Origin: Setoptus koraiensis
Lineage: Eukaryota; Animalia; Arthropoda
DNA length: 64,000 nucleotides
NCBI GenBank assembly: GCA_048013815.1
Contig: CM106585.1
Span: forward strand, 18,538,001 to 18,602,000
Direction: 5' to 3'
Made by a program: the position numbers and the translations under genes. Shown here piece after piece: positions 11,666 through 21,813 of the stretch (positions are counted from its first letter, which is position 1; every line of letters begins with the position of its first letter). The notes under the pieces were generated by a model, which was not told the DNA's origin, did no database searches, and was given only the letters and a program-made list of their open reading frames with translations.

Positions 11666-12680
11666 TTAGTCGTCGTCTTCATCATCGTCCTCCTCTTCTT
11701 CCTCTTCGGATTCTTCTTCGGACTCTTCTTCAGATTCTTCTACTTGTTTCTTGCTCTTAGCAGTTTTCTTTCCGCCGCTGCCGCCACCACCTCCGCCTTT
11801 GGCTTTGTAGCTGGCGATTTCTTTGGCATAACGTGCCTTATCTTTGGCTGCTAAACCCTCATATTTCGCTTTTAGAGTAGAATTGAGACTGTTCCACTTT
11901 TTACCAAGTTCCTTGGCTACGTCACCGACGCTTGAATCAGCTCCTAGGGATGCTTTCACTTTGCTTCTTTCATCACTACAGAACCAGAAAAAGGCCGAAA
12001 GAGCTCGTTTGGGGGCATTGGGATCCTTCTTGTTCTTTTTGCCTTTCTTTTCTTCTTTTGAGGGCACATAGGAGGTCATTTCATTGTCGTACCGTTGCTT
12101 GTCCTTTTCGGCCATCGACAGGTATTTGGCCTTTTCTTTTTCGCCCATTTTCTGCACGTTCGAACAAGACAAACAAGAGACATGATTAGTATTATTGGTA
12201 TTATTGGTATCAGTAGAAATTCGTTAGATCAAGTGCGAGACGAGAAAAAAATCACTTCAAAAAAATATCATTCGGGCACCACAAGTTGCGGCACCCACAG
12301 AATTGGCGCCAACACCTGTCTGGCAATGAGTGGTGGTGCCTCCCTATCACAGGGCATACACAACACAGAAACCTAGGCCAACTTGTGCTTGCAGCAGCAC
12401 AACAAAGTTGGTTCATGTTGTGTGAATGTGTGTGCAGCTAGCGAATTTTTGTGTCAATCGTCGGAGTAAGTTTATAGGAATAAAAAAAAGAATTTCAAGA
12501 TGACATGAGACGTAATTAATTGAAACCTACCTTCCATCTGTCGGCGCATTGTTTTGAGAACTCGGCGAACACAACATTCTGGTTGGGGTGCTTCTTTTTG
12601 TGTTCCTCGCGAGCTGTCTGTACAAAGTATGCGTACGAAGACATACGTCCCCTCGGTTTAGTGTCTCCCTTCTTGGCCAT
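11666..12680 (-). CDS. HMGB: HMGB/DSP1-type two-HMG-box protein with acidic tail, copy A; join(complement 12531..12680, 11666..12151)
   Basis: Exon 1 = 150 nt, [50 protein letters not shown], then a GTAGGT donor. Exon 2 follows a GCAG acceptor and encodes the end of box A, box B ([24 protein letters not shown]...KELGKKW) and a D/E tail. AATAAA lies downstream. Confidence 0.93.
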
Positions 12681-14871
12681 GGTGTTCGGTTTTGGGTGAT
12701 GTATCGCGTTAGTTAGTTAGTTAATAGTTGTTAATGAATATATATCTATATGTTACACAACAATAGGTATGCAGTTGTCTTGTTGTTCATCTGTTGTTTG
12801 AGTGATACAATTCAGTGTTAATGGCGATAGATATACACAGGGATTTATATATATCTATGTATGCGATGTGTGCTGCTGCTGCTGCCGCTGTGCGTTGCCT
12901 GTCTATACGAATGTACGTTGCTTGGACTCTGTTTGTGTTTGTGTATTTGTGTCTATCAGCCTGAATGTGTGAGTGTGTCTGTGTGTGAGTGTATGTGCGT
13001 TTGCCTGCCGTATACGAGTGCTTTGCTTATGGCCGCCGCCGCCGCTGCTGCTGTCGTTGACTATAGTCTCTATCGGCAGCATTCACACCGAGCAGCAGCA
13101 GCCAGGCAAGCAAGCGGCAGGCAGGCAGGCAGGCGGACAAGCAAGCAAGTGGAGTGAGTGAGCGTATAGTGAGCGTATAGTGAGGATGCCTGTTCGTTGA
13201 CTGCCGGGCCTGCTTGCTGGCTGGCTATTCCCCATTGCCTATTGCTGCTATTGCCTATAGCAGCAATAGGACGGCATACAAACACACGGCCGAAATACAT
13301 TCGACGACGACGACGACTACGAACACAATTTCGTACATTGGAAAATCCTATTCAACTTGCCCATAGCCGTTGCTGTTGAACTTTTCGTTCGTTCGTTCGT
13401 TCGCTCGCTCGTTCGCTCGCCCGTCGTTGGTCGTCGCTCATTCCATTCGATTGCTCAGTGTGTGTCTCTCTTTTGCTTTCAATAGCCGTCTATGAGTCTC
13501 ACATACACTCGCACACGCATACGTTTCTGTACGGCAGCGCCGGCAGACGCAGCTACATTAACAAGTACGGCAAAAGCAATAGAAATTCCTATAACTGCCT
13601 GAGTGCCAGCAAAATTCAACGCCTTTTCTCCAGCAGAATCTCCATTGCTCTTGCTCGGGCCATCCACTCACGCTCGGCACACTGGCGCACAACAACACAA
13701 AGTGGATGATCCACTCTGTGTGTAGTAGTTGACTTTCTCATATTCTTCATGTAGCGCATTCGTGTTGCCTGCCAGCCATGGCACGGCTACATGGTGCCAT
13801 TGGAACAAACAGCGACACACCGAGAGATTCTGCTGCAGAAAAGGCGTTTAATTTCCATGGCAGGCAGGCAGGCAGGCAAGCAAGCAGACAAGCAGGCAGT
13901 TAGGCAGAATCGCTATTGCTGTTGGTGTGCTGTTGTCGCTCAGGATGATGTCGCTGCTGGCGCTGCCGCACTCATCCAATGTGCTGATGCGTCTGCCGGC
14001 GCTGCCGTACAGAAACGTATGCGTGTGCGAGTGTATGTGAGACTCATAGACGGCTATTGAAAGCAAAAGAGAGACACACACTGAGCAATCGAATGGAATG
14101 AGCGACGACCAACGACGGGCGAGCGAACGAGCGAGCGAACGAACGAACGAACGAACGAAAAGTTCAACAGCAACGGCTATGGGCAAGTTGAATAGGATTT
14201 TCCAATGTACGAAATTGTGTTCGTCGTCGTCGTCGTAGTCGTCGAATGTATTTCGGCCGTGTGTTTGTATGCCGTCCCATTGCTGCTATAGGCAATAGCA
14301 GCAATAGGCAATGGGGAATAGCCAGCCAGCCAGCAAGCAGGCCCGGCAGGCAACGAACAGGCATCCTCACTATACGCTCACTATACGCTCACTCACTCCA
14401 CTTGCTTGCTTGTCCGCCTGCCTGCCTGCCGCTTGCTTGCCTGGCTGCTGCTGCTGCTGCTCGGTGTGAATGCTGCCGATAGAGACTATAGTCAACGACA
14501 GCAGCAGCAGCGGCGGCGGCCATAAGCAAAGCACTCGTATACGGCAGGCAAACGCACATACACTCACACACAGACACACTCACACATTCAGGCTGATAGA
14601 CACAAATACACAAACACAAACAGAGTCCAAGCAACGTACATTCGTATAGACAGGCAACGCACAGCGGCAGCAGCAGCAGCACACATCGCATACATAGATA
14701 TATATAAATCCCTGTGTATATCTATCGCCATTAACACTGAATTGTATCACTCAAACAACAGATGAACAACAAGACAACTGCATACCTATTGTTGTGTAAC
14801 ATATAGATATATATTCATTAACAACTATTAACTAACTAACTAACGCGATACATCACCCAAAACCGAACACC

Positions 14872-15882
14872 ATGGCCAAGAAGGGAGACACTAAACCGAG
14901 GGGACGTATGTCTTCGTACGCATACTTTGTACAGACAGCTCGCGAGGAACACAAAAAGAAGCACCCCAACCAGAATGTTGTGTTCGCCGAGTTCTCAAAA
15001 CAATGCGCCGACAGATGGAAGGTAGGTTTCAATTAATTATGTCTCATGTCATCTTGAAATTCTTTTTTTTCTTTCTATAAACTTACTCCGACTATTGACA
15101 CAAAAATTCGCTAGCTGCACACACACAACATAAACCAACTTTGTTGTGCTGCTGCAAGCACAAGTTGGCCTAGGTTTCTGTGTTGTGTATGCCCTGTGAT
15201 AGGGAGGCACCACCACTCATCGCCAGACAGGTGTTGGCGCCAATTCTGTGGGTGCCGCTACTTGTGGTGCCCGAATGATATTTTTTTGGAGTGATTTTTT
15301 TCCTTCTCGCACTTGATCTAACGAATTTCTACTGATACCAATAATACTAATCATGTCTCTTGTTTGTCTTGTTTGTCTTGTTCGAACGTGCAGAAAATGG
15401 GCGAAAAAGAAAAGGCCAAATACCAGTCGATGGCCGAGAAGGACAAGCAACGGTACGACAATGAAATGACCTCCTATGTGCCCTCAAAAGAAGAAAAGAA
15501 AGGCAAAAAGAACAAGAAGGATCCCAATGCCCCCAAACGAGCTCTTTCGGCCTTTTTCTGGTTCTGTAGTGATGAAAGAAGCAAAGTGAAAGCATCCCTA
15601 GGAGCTGATTCAAGCGTCGGTGACGTAGCCAAGGAACTTGGTAAAAAGTGGAACAGTCTCAATTCTACTCTAAAAGCGAAATACGAGGGTCTAGCAGCCA
15701 AAGATAAGGCACGTTATGCCAAAGAAATCGCCAGCTACAAAGCCAAAGGCGGAGGTGGTGGCGGCAGCGGCGGAAAGAAAACTGCTAAGAGCAAGAAACA
15801 AGTCGAATCATCCGAAGAGGAATCCGAAGAAGAAGAAGAGGAGGACGACGACGATGATGATGATGATGAAGACGACGACTAA
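14872..15882 (+). CDS. HMGB: HMGB/DSP1-type protein, copy B; join(14872..15021, 15394..15882)
   Basis: Near-identical to copy A (KYQSM vs KYLSM, different tail length); same 150-nt first coding exon and GT-AG intron. Confidence 0.93.
15228..15245 (+). promoter_or_regulatory. Conserved intronic 18-mer CAGGTGTTGGCGCCAATT (E-box + palindromic TTGGCGCCAA) in all five HMGB introns
   Basis: Identical at 12301..12318(-), 15228..15245(+), 16688..16705(+), 18807..18824(+) and 21133..21150(-), while the flanking intron sequence of copies C/D has diverged from A/B/E. Function is inferred. Confidence 0.55.
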
Positions 15883-16344
15883 ACATCCCACATGAACCAA
15901 TTTTATCATTCTACTCATTGTGAATAAACTCATTTTCTCTGGTATTTAAACAAAATGTTTAAGAGTACGACTAACCGATATGTTTCCGAGCTTTCTCCTT
16001 TCTGGTATCTTGTGTTACCAACATTTTTCCATTAAACTCGTCATTGTTCATCAGCAAATATCACCCTCTATCAAGACAGCAACTAGCATATATCTGTTTC
16101 TGCTGATTGCGGTCGATGAAACCGTGTCATGTCTCTTTAACTGTATAGATGGCGTGTCACAAGCTGAGCATGAGGGGGGTCTCGTTGCATATAACTCGAA
16201 AAGATTAAAGCTAGATTGCATCATTCGAACAACATATGAGCGACGAGACGGCTGCATACTTGTTGATTTGTTACCTATAAATGGTTCTAAATAAATATTC
16301 ATCCACAACTATTAGCCAACCAACTAAATATCCCCTTGAACACG

Positions 16345-17205
16345 ATGGCCAATGAGGGAAACACCCAACCAAAGGGACGTGTGTCTTCGTACGCTTACTT
16401 TATACGACAATCTCACGAGGAACACAAAAAGAATCACCCCAACCAGGATATATTGTTCGCCGAGTTCTCAAAACAATGCGCCGACAGATGGAAGGTAGGT
16501 TCTAATCGATTATAGCTCATGTCATTTTCAAATTCCAATAAATTATTCATTTTTGACAAGTTATTCTCTAGCTGCAAACACAGCGACACAACAACAACAA
16601 CACGAATCAACTTTGTGCATGCACAAGTTCGGCTAGATTGCGTTGTCCATGCCTTGTAAGATGGAGGCACCATCACTCATTCTGAGGCAGGTGTTGGCGC
16701 CAATTCTCTGGCTGACGCAACTTGTGATGCCCAAATGAAACAAATGATAATTTTTTTTTCCTCAAACACTTGTTCCTACAATATTATTAATACTGTGGCT
16801 TCTTTGTTTGCATTGAACCCGTAGGAAATGAGCGAAGAAGAAAAGGCCAAGTACCAGACCATGGCCGAGGAGGACCAACAACGGTTCGACAGCGCGAGGT
16901 CAAATGATGGGATCGTGAGAGAAGAAAAGAAGAGCATAAGGATTGGGATGGATCCTAACGCCCCCATAGGACCTCGTCAGCCTTTTTTCTTTTTCTGCAA
17001 TGATGAACGAAGCAAAGTGAATGAAGCGCTAGGAGCTGATTCCAGCATTCACGACGTCGCCAAAGAACTTGGTAAAAGGTGGAATAGTCTTGATTCTACT
17101 CGAAAAGCGACTTATGATGATCTAGCAGCAAAAGATAAGGTACGCTATGCCGAAGAGATTGCCAGCTATAAAGCCAAGAGTGGAAGCAGTGCGGCTAGCG
17201 GTTGA
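16345..17205 (+). CDS. Divergent HMGB paralog, copy C, tail-less; join(16345..16494, 16825..17205)
   Basis: Exon 1 [54 protein letters not shown] intron, then box B variant (DPNAPIGPRQPFFFFCNDER). TGA at 17203 falls where A/B have GGA, upstream of a still-recognisable acidic tail. May be a young pseudogene. Confidence 0.75.
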
Positions 17206-17911
17206 AAGAAGACCGCTATGAAACAAGTTGAGTCATTGGAAGAGGAATCCAGTGAGGAAGGACCCAAAGAGAAGGACAACAAAGATGATAATGAAGACGA
17301 CAACCAAACATCCCGCATAAACCAATTCTATCATTCTATTCATAGTGAATAATTTTGCTTGTCTAATATTCAGACAAAATGTTTGAGAGTACGACTACCC
17401 GATATGTCGCACCTTCTGGTATCTTGTGTAGCTAATATTTTCCCATTAAACTCGTCATTGTTCATCAGCAAATATGACCGTCCATCCAGACACAGGTGCA
17501 TTTTAGCGAATATCCGTTTTCGATTGGTTGCAGTGATTCAAACCGTGTTATGTCACTTGGGTTGGATAGATGGCGTGTCGCAAGCATAGCTATGAGGACG
17601 CGGTGCGTGATGTGTTAGATGCAATCATCGAATGTGTTTATTGAAAGAGAGTAACATGTTTATATGGCACAGAATGAGTGCTCTGTGCATGAACAGAAAG
17701 GCGGCAGGTCCTCTCATAGCATGGGGTATCTCGTTGCATAAAACTCGGAAAGATTAGAACTAGATTGCATCATTCGAACAACAGATGAGCATCGAGCCAA
17801 TTGCATTGTTGTGATAAAAATTGAAAGATTTGAATAAATATCCATTGTTCATTAATGAATTTATTAGCATTCATTCTATTGGCCTATCAACTAAACATCA
17901 CGGTGAACATG

Positions 17912-19369
17912 ATGGCCAATCAGGGAGTCGCCAAGGCAAGCACGTGTATGTCTACGTTCGCATTCTTTGTGCAAGAAGCTCACAAGGAATGGAAAAAGGA
18001 GCACCCCAACCAGACAGTAACGTTCGTTGAGTTCTCAAAACAATGCGCCGACAGATGGAAGGTAGGTTTCAATCAATTACATCCTATGTCATCTTCAAAT
18101 ACAATCGACTATTCAGTTGTGAATTCTTGCGGACTGACAAATAACTTGCCAGCTGCACACAAGACAAGCATGTGAACCATGTGGTTGTTACGTTTCGGGA
18201 TGTTTCTACTTTGGGTCTACGAATTCTGAAGACAGGGAGTAGTTTGGAGGGACACCTTCTCTGGAAAACTATAGAATGAGGCAAAAAAAGTAAGAAAAAT
18301 CGCGCAGTCTTGGTGAAAATCACGAAAAACCTCAGGTGCTAGGAGCGGATTTTTTTGTATGTGCGCCCTTTATTATGAAAATGATCTATTGTTTTATGAG
18401 ACTTTTCACAAACTCGTGCGCTTGCGCGCCTCCGCAAAAAAGTGCGACTGATTGTCGATCATCTCGTTAGACGCACAAAAACAAACGACTTATCATCTAA
18501 AACAATAGACGATCACCTCGTAACCAATGCCTGGTCAACATGCAATTAAGAGAAATGACATTTTCACATCAAAATGGGGACTAAAAATACCAATTCTGCT
18601 AAAAATGACGAGCCGGAGACCAGAATAAACTCGATTTCTGGGTTCATCCAAGAGAGACCTTCCAAACCATACCCTATCCTTGAAATTGAAGACCCAAAAT
18701 AGAAACACCCCGAAATGGGGCGACCCCTTTGTTGTGCTTGCACAAGTTCGGCTAGGTTGCGTTGTCCATGCCTTGTGAGGGGGAAGCAACACCCCTCATT
18801 CCGAGACAGGTGTTGGCGCCAATTATCTAAGTGACGCAACTTGTGGTAATGAGACAAATGATAATTTTTTTTCCTCACACACTTGTTCCTACAATATTAT
18901 TAATACTATGGCTTCTTTGTTTGCATTGAACCCGCAGGAAATGAGCGAAGAAGAAAAGGCCAAGTACCAGACCATGGCTGAGGAGGACAAACAACGGTTC
19001 GATAACGAGAGGTCAAATTACGAGATCCCGAAAGAAGAAAAGAAGAGCATAAGGATTGAGAGGGATCCTAACGCCCCCATAGGACCTCGTCAGCCTTTTT
19101 TCTTTTTTTGTAATGATGAACGAAGCAAAGTGAGGGAAGCGCTAGGAGGCGATGCTAGCCTTAATGATGTAGCCATAGAACTTGGTAAAAGGTGGAATAG
19201 TCTTGATTCTACTCGAAAAGCGACTTATGATGATCTAGCAGCAAAAGATAAGGTACGCTATGCCGAGGAAATTGCCAGCTACAAAGCCAAGAATGGAAGC
19301 AGTGCTACGAAACAAGTTGAGGCATCAGAAGTGAAATCCAAAGACGATGTTGATAAAGACCACGACTAA
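17912..19369 (+). CDS. Divergent HMGB paralog, copy D, short tail; join(17912..18061, 18938..19369) (alternative ATG at 17909)
   Basis: Exon 1 [50 protein letters not shown] with the same donor. Exon 2 is closely related to copy C and ends KQVEASEVKSKDDVDKDHD*. AATAAA is intact downstream. Confidence 0.8.
18181..18727. mobile_element. Non-autonomous DNA transposon (MITE-like, ~550 bp) inserted in the HMGB copy D intron
   Basis: The segment is absent from the paralogous introns at this position. 18192..18226 and 18682..18716 are inverted repeats matching 29/35, with weaker similarity extending inward. No coding capacity; no clear TSD. Confidence 0.7.
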
Positions 19370-19979
19370 AGGTCCCACTAAGACTAGTTTCATCATTCTA
19401 TTCATAGTGAATAAACTCATTCTCTCTAGCATCTAAACAAAATGTTTTTAAGTGCTACTATTCGCCTTGTTCATGTTTTTCTATTCGGTGTATTTTTCAC
19501 TAGCTCCACAAACTGACGCGGCCGACGTTAGGTATATCAAAAATCGCGTTCCAATGAACTCTTTGTATTCAGGGTGTCTGAACTTGAAGAAGGGGTCCTG
19601 GTAAGAGTATACTGGACCAAGCTTAGCCAATCCACGCCATTTGTAATGCTCCGCATATCCTGACTCGTCTATTTTGAGCTCCTGTCTCAATTTCAGTGTC
19701 GCCTCGCTTGGCTCACTGGCATAATAGACCCTGGGTGTTAATTCAAAATTGTAATAGTCACATATCAGAGAAAAGTAGATTGGTTTAATAAGACTCTCAT
19801 TATAAGAGTTGCATGGAATACGGTATACTGATACCCACAGTATATCAGCGGAAAGTGCGTGTCAGACCTTAGACACGCTTGCGAAGCCTTCTAACCCTCT
19901 ACACAATATCTTATAATCCTATATCCTAATGAATACGCCTTTAAGACACCACCAATATCTATCACACACATTACTGCTA

Positions 19980-21813
19980 CGAGCCTACAGTATGAAAGGT
20001 GTTATTCAGTGACGAACAATGACTAGTTGAGCGGAAAAAAATTAGTCACACAGGATACCAGAAAGGAAAAAGCTCGAGAACATATCGGTTGGTCGTACTC
20101 TTAAACATTCTGTTTAAATACTAGAGAAAACGATTTTATTCACAATGAGTAGAATGATAAAATTGGTTCATGTGGGATGTTTAGTCGTCGTCTTCATCAT
20201 CGTCCTCCTCTTCTTCCTCTTCGAATTCTTCTTCGGACTATTCTTCAGATTCTTCTACTTGTTTCTTGCTATTAGCAGTCTTCTTTCCGCCACTACCGCC
20301 ACCACCTCCGCCTTTGGATTTGTAGTTGGCGATTTCTTTGGCATAACGTGCCTTGTCTTTGGCTGCTAGACCCTCATATTTCGCTTTTAGAGTAGAATTG
20401 AGACTGTTCCACTTTTTACCGAGTTCCTTGATTACGTCAATTTCGCTTGAATCAGCTCCTAAGGATGCTTTCACTTTGCCTTTTTCATCACTGCAGAACC
20501 AGAAAAAGGCCGAAAGAGGTCGTTTGGGGATATTGGGATCCTCCTCTTCTTCCTCTTCGGATTCTTCTTCGGGCTCTTCTTCAGATTCTTCTACTTGTTT
20601 CTTGCTCTTAGCAGTTTTCTTTCCGCCACTACCGCCACCACCTCCGCCTTTGGCTTTGTAGCTGGCGATTTCTTTGGCAATATCTTTGGCTGCTAAACCC
20701 TCATATTTTGCTTTTAGAGTAGAATTGAGACTGTTCCACTTTTTACCGAGTTCCTGGATTACGTCACCGACGCTTGAATCAGCTCCTAGGAATGATTTCA
20801 CTTTGCTTCTTTCATCAATGCAGAACCACCAAAAGGCCGAAAGAGCACGTTTGGAGGCATTGGGATCCTTCTTGTTCTTTTTGCCTTTCTTTTCTTCTTT
20901 AGAGAGCACATAGGAGATCATTTCATTGTCGTACCGTTGCTTGTCCTTCTCGGCCATCGACTGGTATTTGGCCTTTTCTTTTTCGCCCATTCTCTGCATG
21001 TTCGAACAAGACAAACAAGAGACATGATTAGTATTATTGGTATCATTAGAAATTCGTCAGGTCAAGTGCGAGACGAGAAAAAAATCACTTCAAAAAATAT
21101 CATTCTGGCACCACAAGTTGCGGCACCCACAGAATTGGCGCCAACACCTGTCTGGCGATGAGTGGTGGTGCCTCCCTATCACAGGGCATACACAACACAG
21201 AAACCTAGGCCAACTTGTGCTTGCAGCAGCACAACAAAGTTGGTTCATGTTGTGTGTGTGCAGCTAGCGAATTTTTGTGTCAATCGTCGGAGTAAGTTTA
21301 TAGGAATAAAAAAAAAAGAATTTCAAGATGACAAGAGACGTAATTAATTGAAACCTACCTTCCATCTGTCGAAGCATTGTTTTGAGAACTCGAAGAGCAC
21401 AATTTTCTGGTTGGGGTGCTTCTTTTTCCATTCCTCGTGAGCTTCTCTCACAAAGAATACGTACGAAGACACACGTCCCCTCGGTTTGGTATCTCCCTTC
21501 TTGGCCATGGTGTTCTGTTTTGGGTGATGTATCGCGTTAGTTAGTTAGTTAATAGTTGTTAATGAATATATATCTATATGTTACACAACAATAGGTATGC
21601 AGTTGTCTTGTTGTTCATCTGTTGTTTGAGTGATACAATTCAGTGTTAATGGCGATAGATATACACAGGGATTTATATATATCTATGTATGCGATGTGTG
21701 CTGCTGCTGCTGCCGCTGTGCGTTGCCTGTCTATACGAATGTACGTTGCTTGGACTCTGTTTGTGTTTGTGTATTTGTGTCTATCAGCCTGAATGTGTGA
21801 GTGTGTCTGTGTG
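19980..21813. repeat. Direct-orientation duplicate of ~11465..12985 (copy A locus with flanks); also inverted relative to copy B
   Basis: Shared flank TACAGTATGAAAGGTGTTATTCAGTGACGAACAATGACTAGTTGAG at 11471 and 19986. The upstream region 21509..21813 is essentially identical to 12681..12985 up to the gap. Confidence 0.88.
20238..21508 (-). CDS. HMGB paralog copy E with three HMG boxes (A, B with 4-aa deletion, acidic spacer, B'); join(complement 21359..21508, 20238..20993)
   Basis: Exon 1 [50 protein letters not shown]. Exon 2 has an in-frame internal duplication of box B + linker. TAG at 20238..20240 precedes the residual acidic tail, whose ancestral TAA is at ~20178. Functional status is uncertain. 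Confidence 0.7.

Larger units (their letters stand above)
11533..16015. repeat. Large inverted repeat: arms ~11533..13551 and ~13988..16015 (each holding one HMGB gene), spacer ~13552..13987
   Basis: The arms are reverse complements over ~2 kb including microsatellite tracts (e.g. 13531 ACGGCAGCGCCGGCAGACGCA vs 13988 TGCGTCTGCCGGCGCTGCCGT). They differ by scattered substitutions and repeat-length indels. Confidence 0.92.

Noticed and set aside
12861-14691. Paired ORFs in the HMGB 5' regions (MRCVLLLLPLC..., MPIAVAVELF...)
   Set aside because: Translations of microsatellite-rich UTR/promoter sequence, duplicated only because of the palindrome.
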